From Vicugna vicugna (lineage: Eukaryota): a stretch of 64,000 nucleotides of DNA. Positions 63,423-64,000 of the stretch are shown in pieces. The position numbers and the translations under genes were made by a program. The stretch's first letter is position 1. Each line of letters starts with the position of its first letter. The stretch lies in contig MU062317.1 of the NCBI GenBank assembly GCA_013265495.1, forward strand, positions 1,486,229 to 1,550,228, given 5' to 3'. A model generated the notes under the pieces. It was not told the DNA's origin. It saw only the letters and a program-made list of their open reading frames with translations, and searched no databases.

Positions 63423-64000
63423 GGCTGTCATCGGCAGGCTAGGCAGGCTGACCGGGCCTGCCAGATGTGCCTGGCTCAGCCTCAGGCCAGCCCTCCCCAC
63501 CCCTGCACGGCCCTGGAACAGGACCCTCCTCAAACCTCTGGTAACCCCCCGTGGGGGTCGGAGACCTATCGGCCACCCCCGCCCAGACCCCCCCGACAAC
63601 CAACGGTGGGAGCCAGGACCAGGCGCCCCCACTAATGCTGCTCCAGAGCCCTGTGTGGGGCCCCAGCCCAGGGAGGGGAATAGGGGACGTGCTGCCCACC
63701 CCTGGCCCCCCAGGGGCTTCTCGTTCGGCAGGCAAGTCCTTACCGAACTCTCTCTCGAGGACCCGGCGAGGAAAGAGGGCAAAAGTTGGGCAGAAGTGGA
63801 GAGGTGCTTTCGAGTAGATGCCACAGTTGGGTTTAGGGGCACTCCTGGGGCACCACACAGGCTCTGAGAAACAAAGGAGATTGGCCACGAGCGGGAAGTG
63901 GGGCCTGCTGTGCGCTGAGGGAGAAGAGGGGAGCAGACTCTGCTCAGGCAGTCGGGGTGAGGAGGGGAAGGGGGAGGGCCCAGAGACAAGACCGGGCTGG

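Noticed and set aside
57750-64000. SKI terminal exon or 3'UTR
   Set aside because: No SKI coiled-coil coding sequence or recognisable - strand 3' end is visible; SKI presumably lies beyond the window.

Overview
GC-rich mammalian genomic DNA, most likely camelid (three Vic-1-type tRNA-derived SINEs). It holds the 5' part of RER1 on the - strand (non-coding exon 1 plus two coding exons) and, head-to-head across a shared CpG-island promoter at about 4.9-6.1 kb, a complete 14-exon MORN1 gene on the + strand. The MORN1 CDS runs 5688-57687 and splices to 1398 nt (465 aa plus stop), with a polyA signal at 57722. All 13 introns are GT-AG and the phases join without a stop. Introns contain old L1/L2/MIR/MaLR-like fragments, a 532-bp solo ERV1-like LTR, SINEs, simple repeats, a 234-N assembly gap, and several AT-rich, motif-dense islands. 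By recalled human 1p36 synteny (SKI-MORN1-RER1-PEX10), SKI should lie just beyond the right edge, so these islands may be SKI enhancers. I found no credible novel protein-coding system; almost all of the ORF track is GC-rich noise. The best leads are regulatory or splicing-related: the putative SKI enhancer block, an antisense solo LTR with an intact TATA box but decayed polyA signal, an RFX X-box at the MORN1 start, in-frame alternative splice sites, and an inverted SINE pair flanking a frame-closed exon 9-10 unit. Comparisons with human proteins and repeat consensus sequences are from memory, not from a search.
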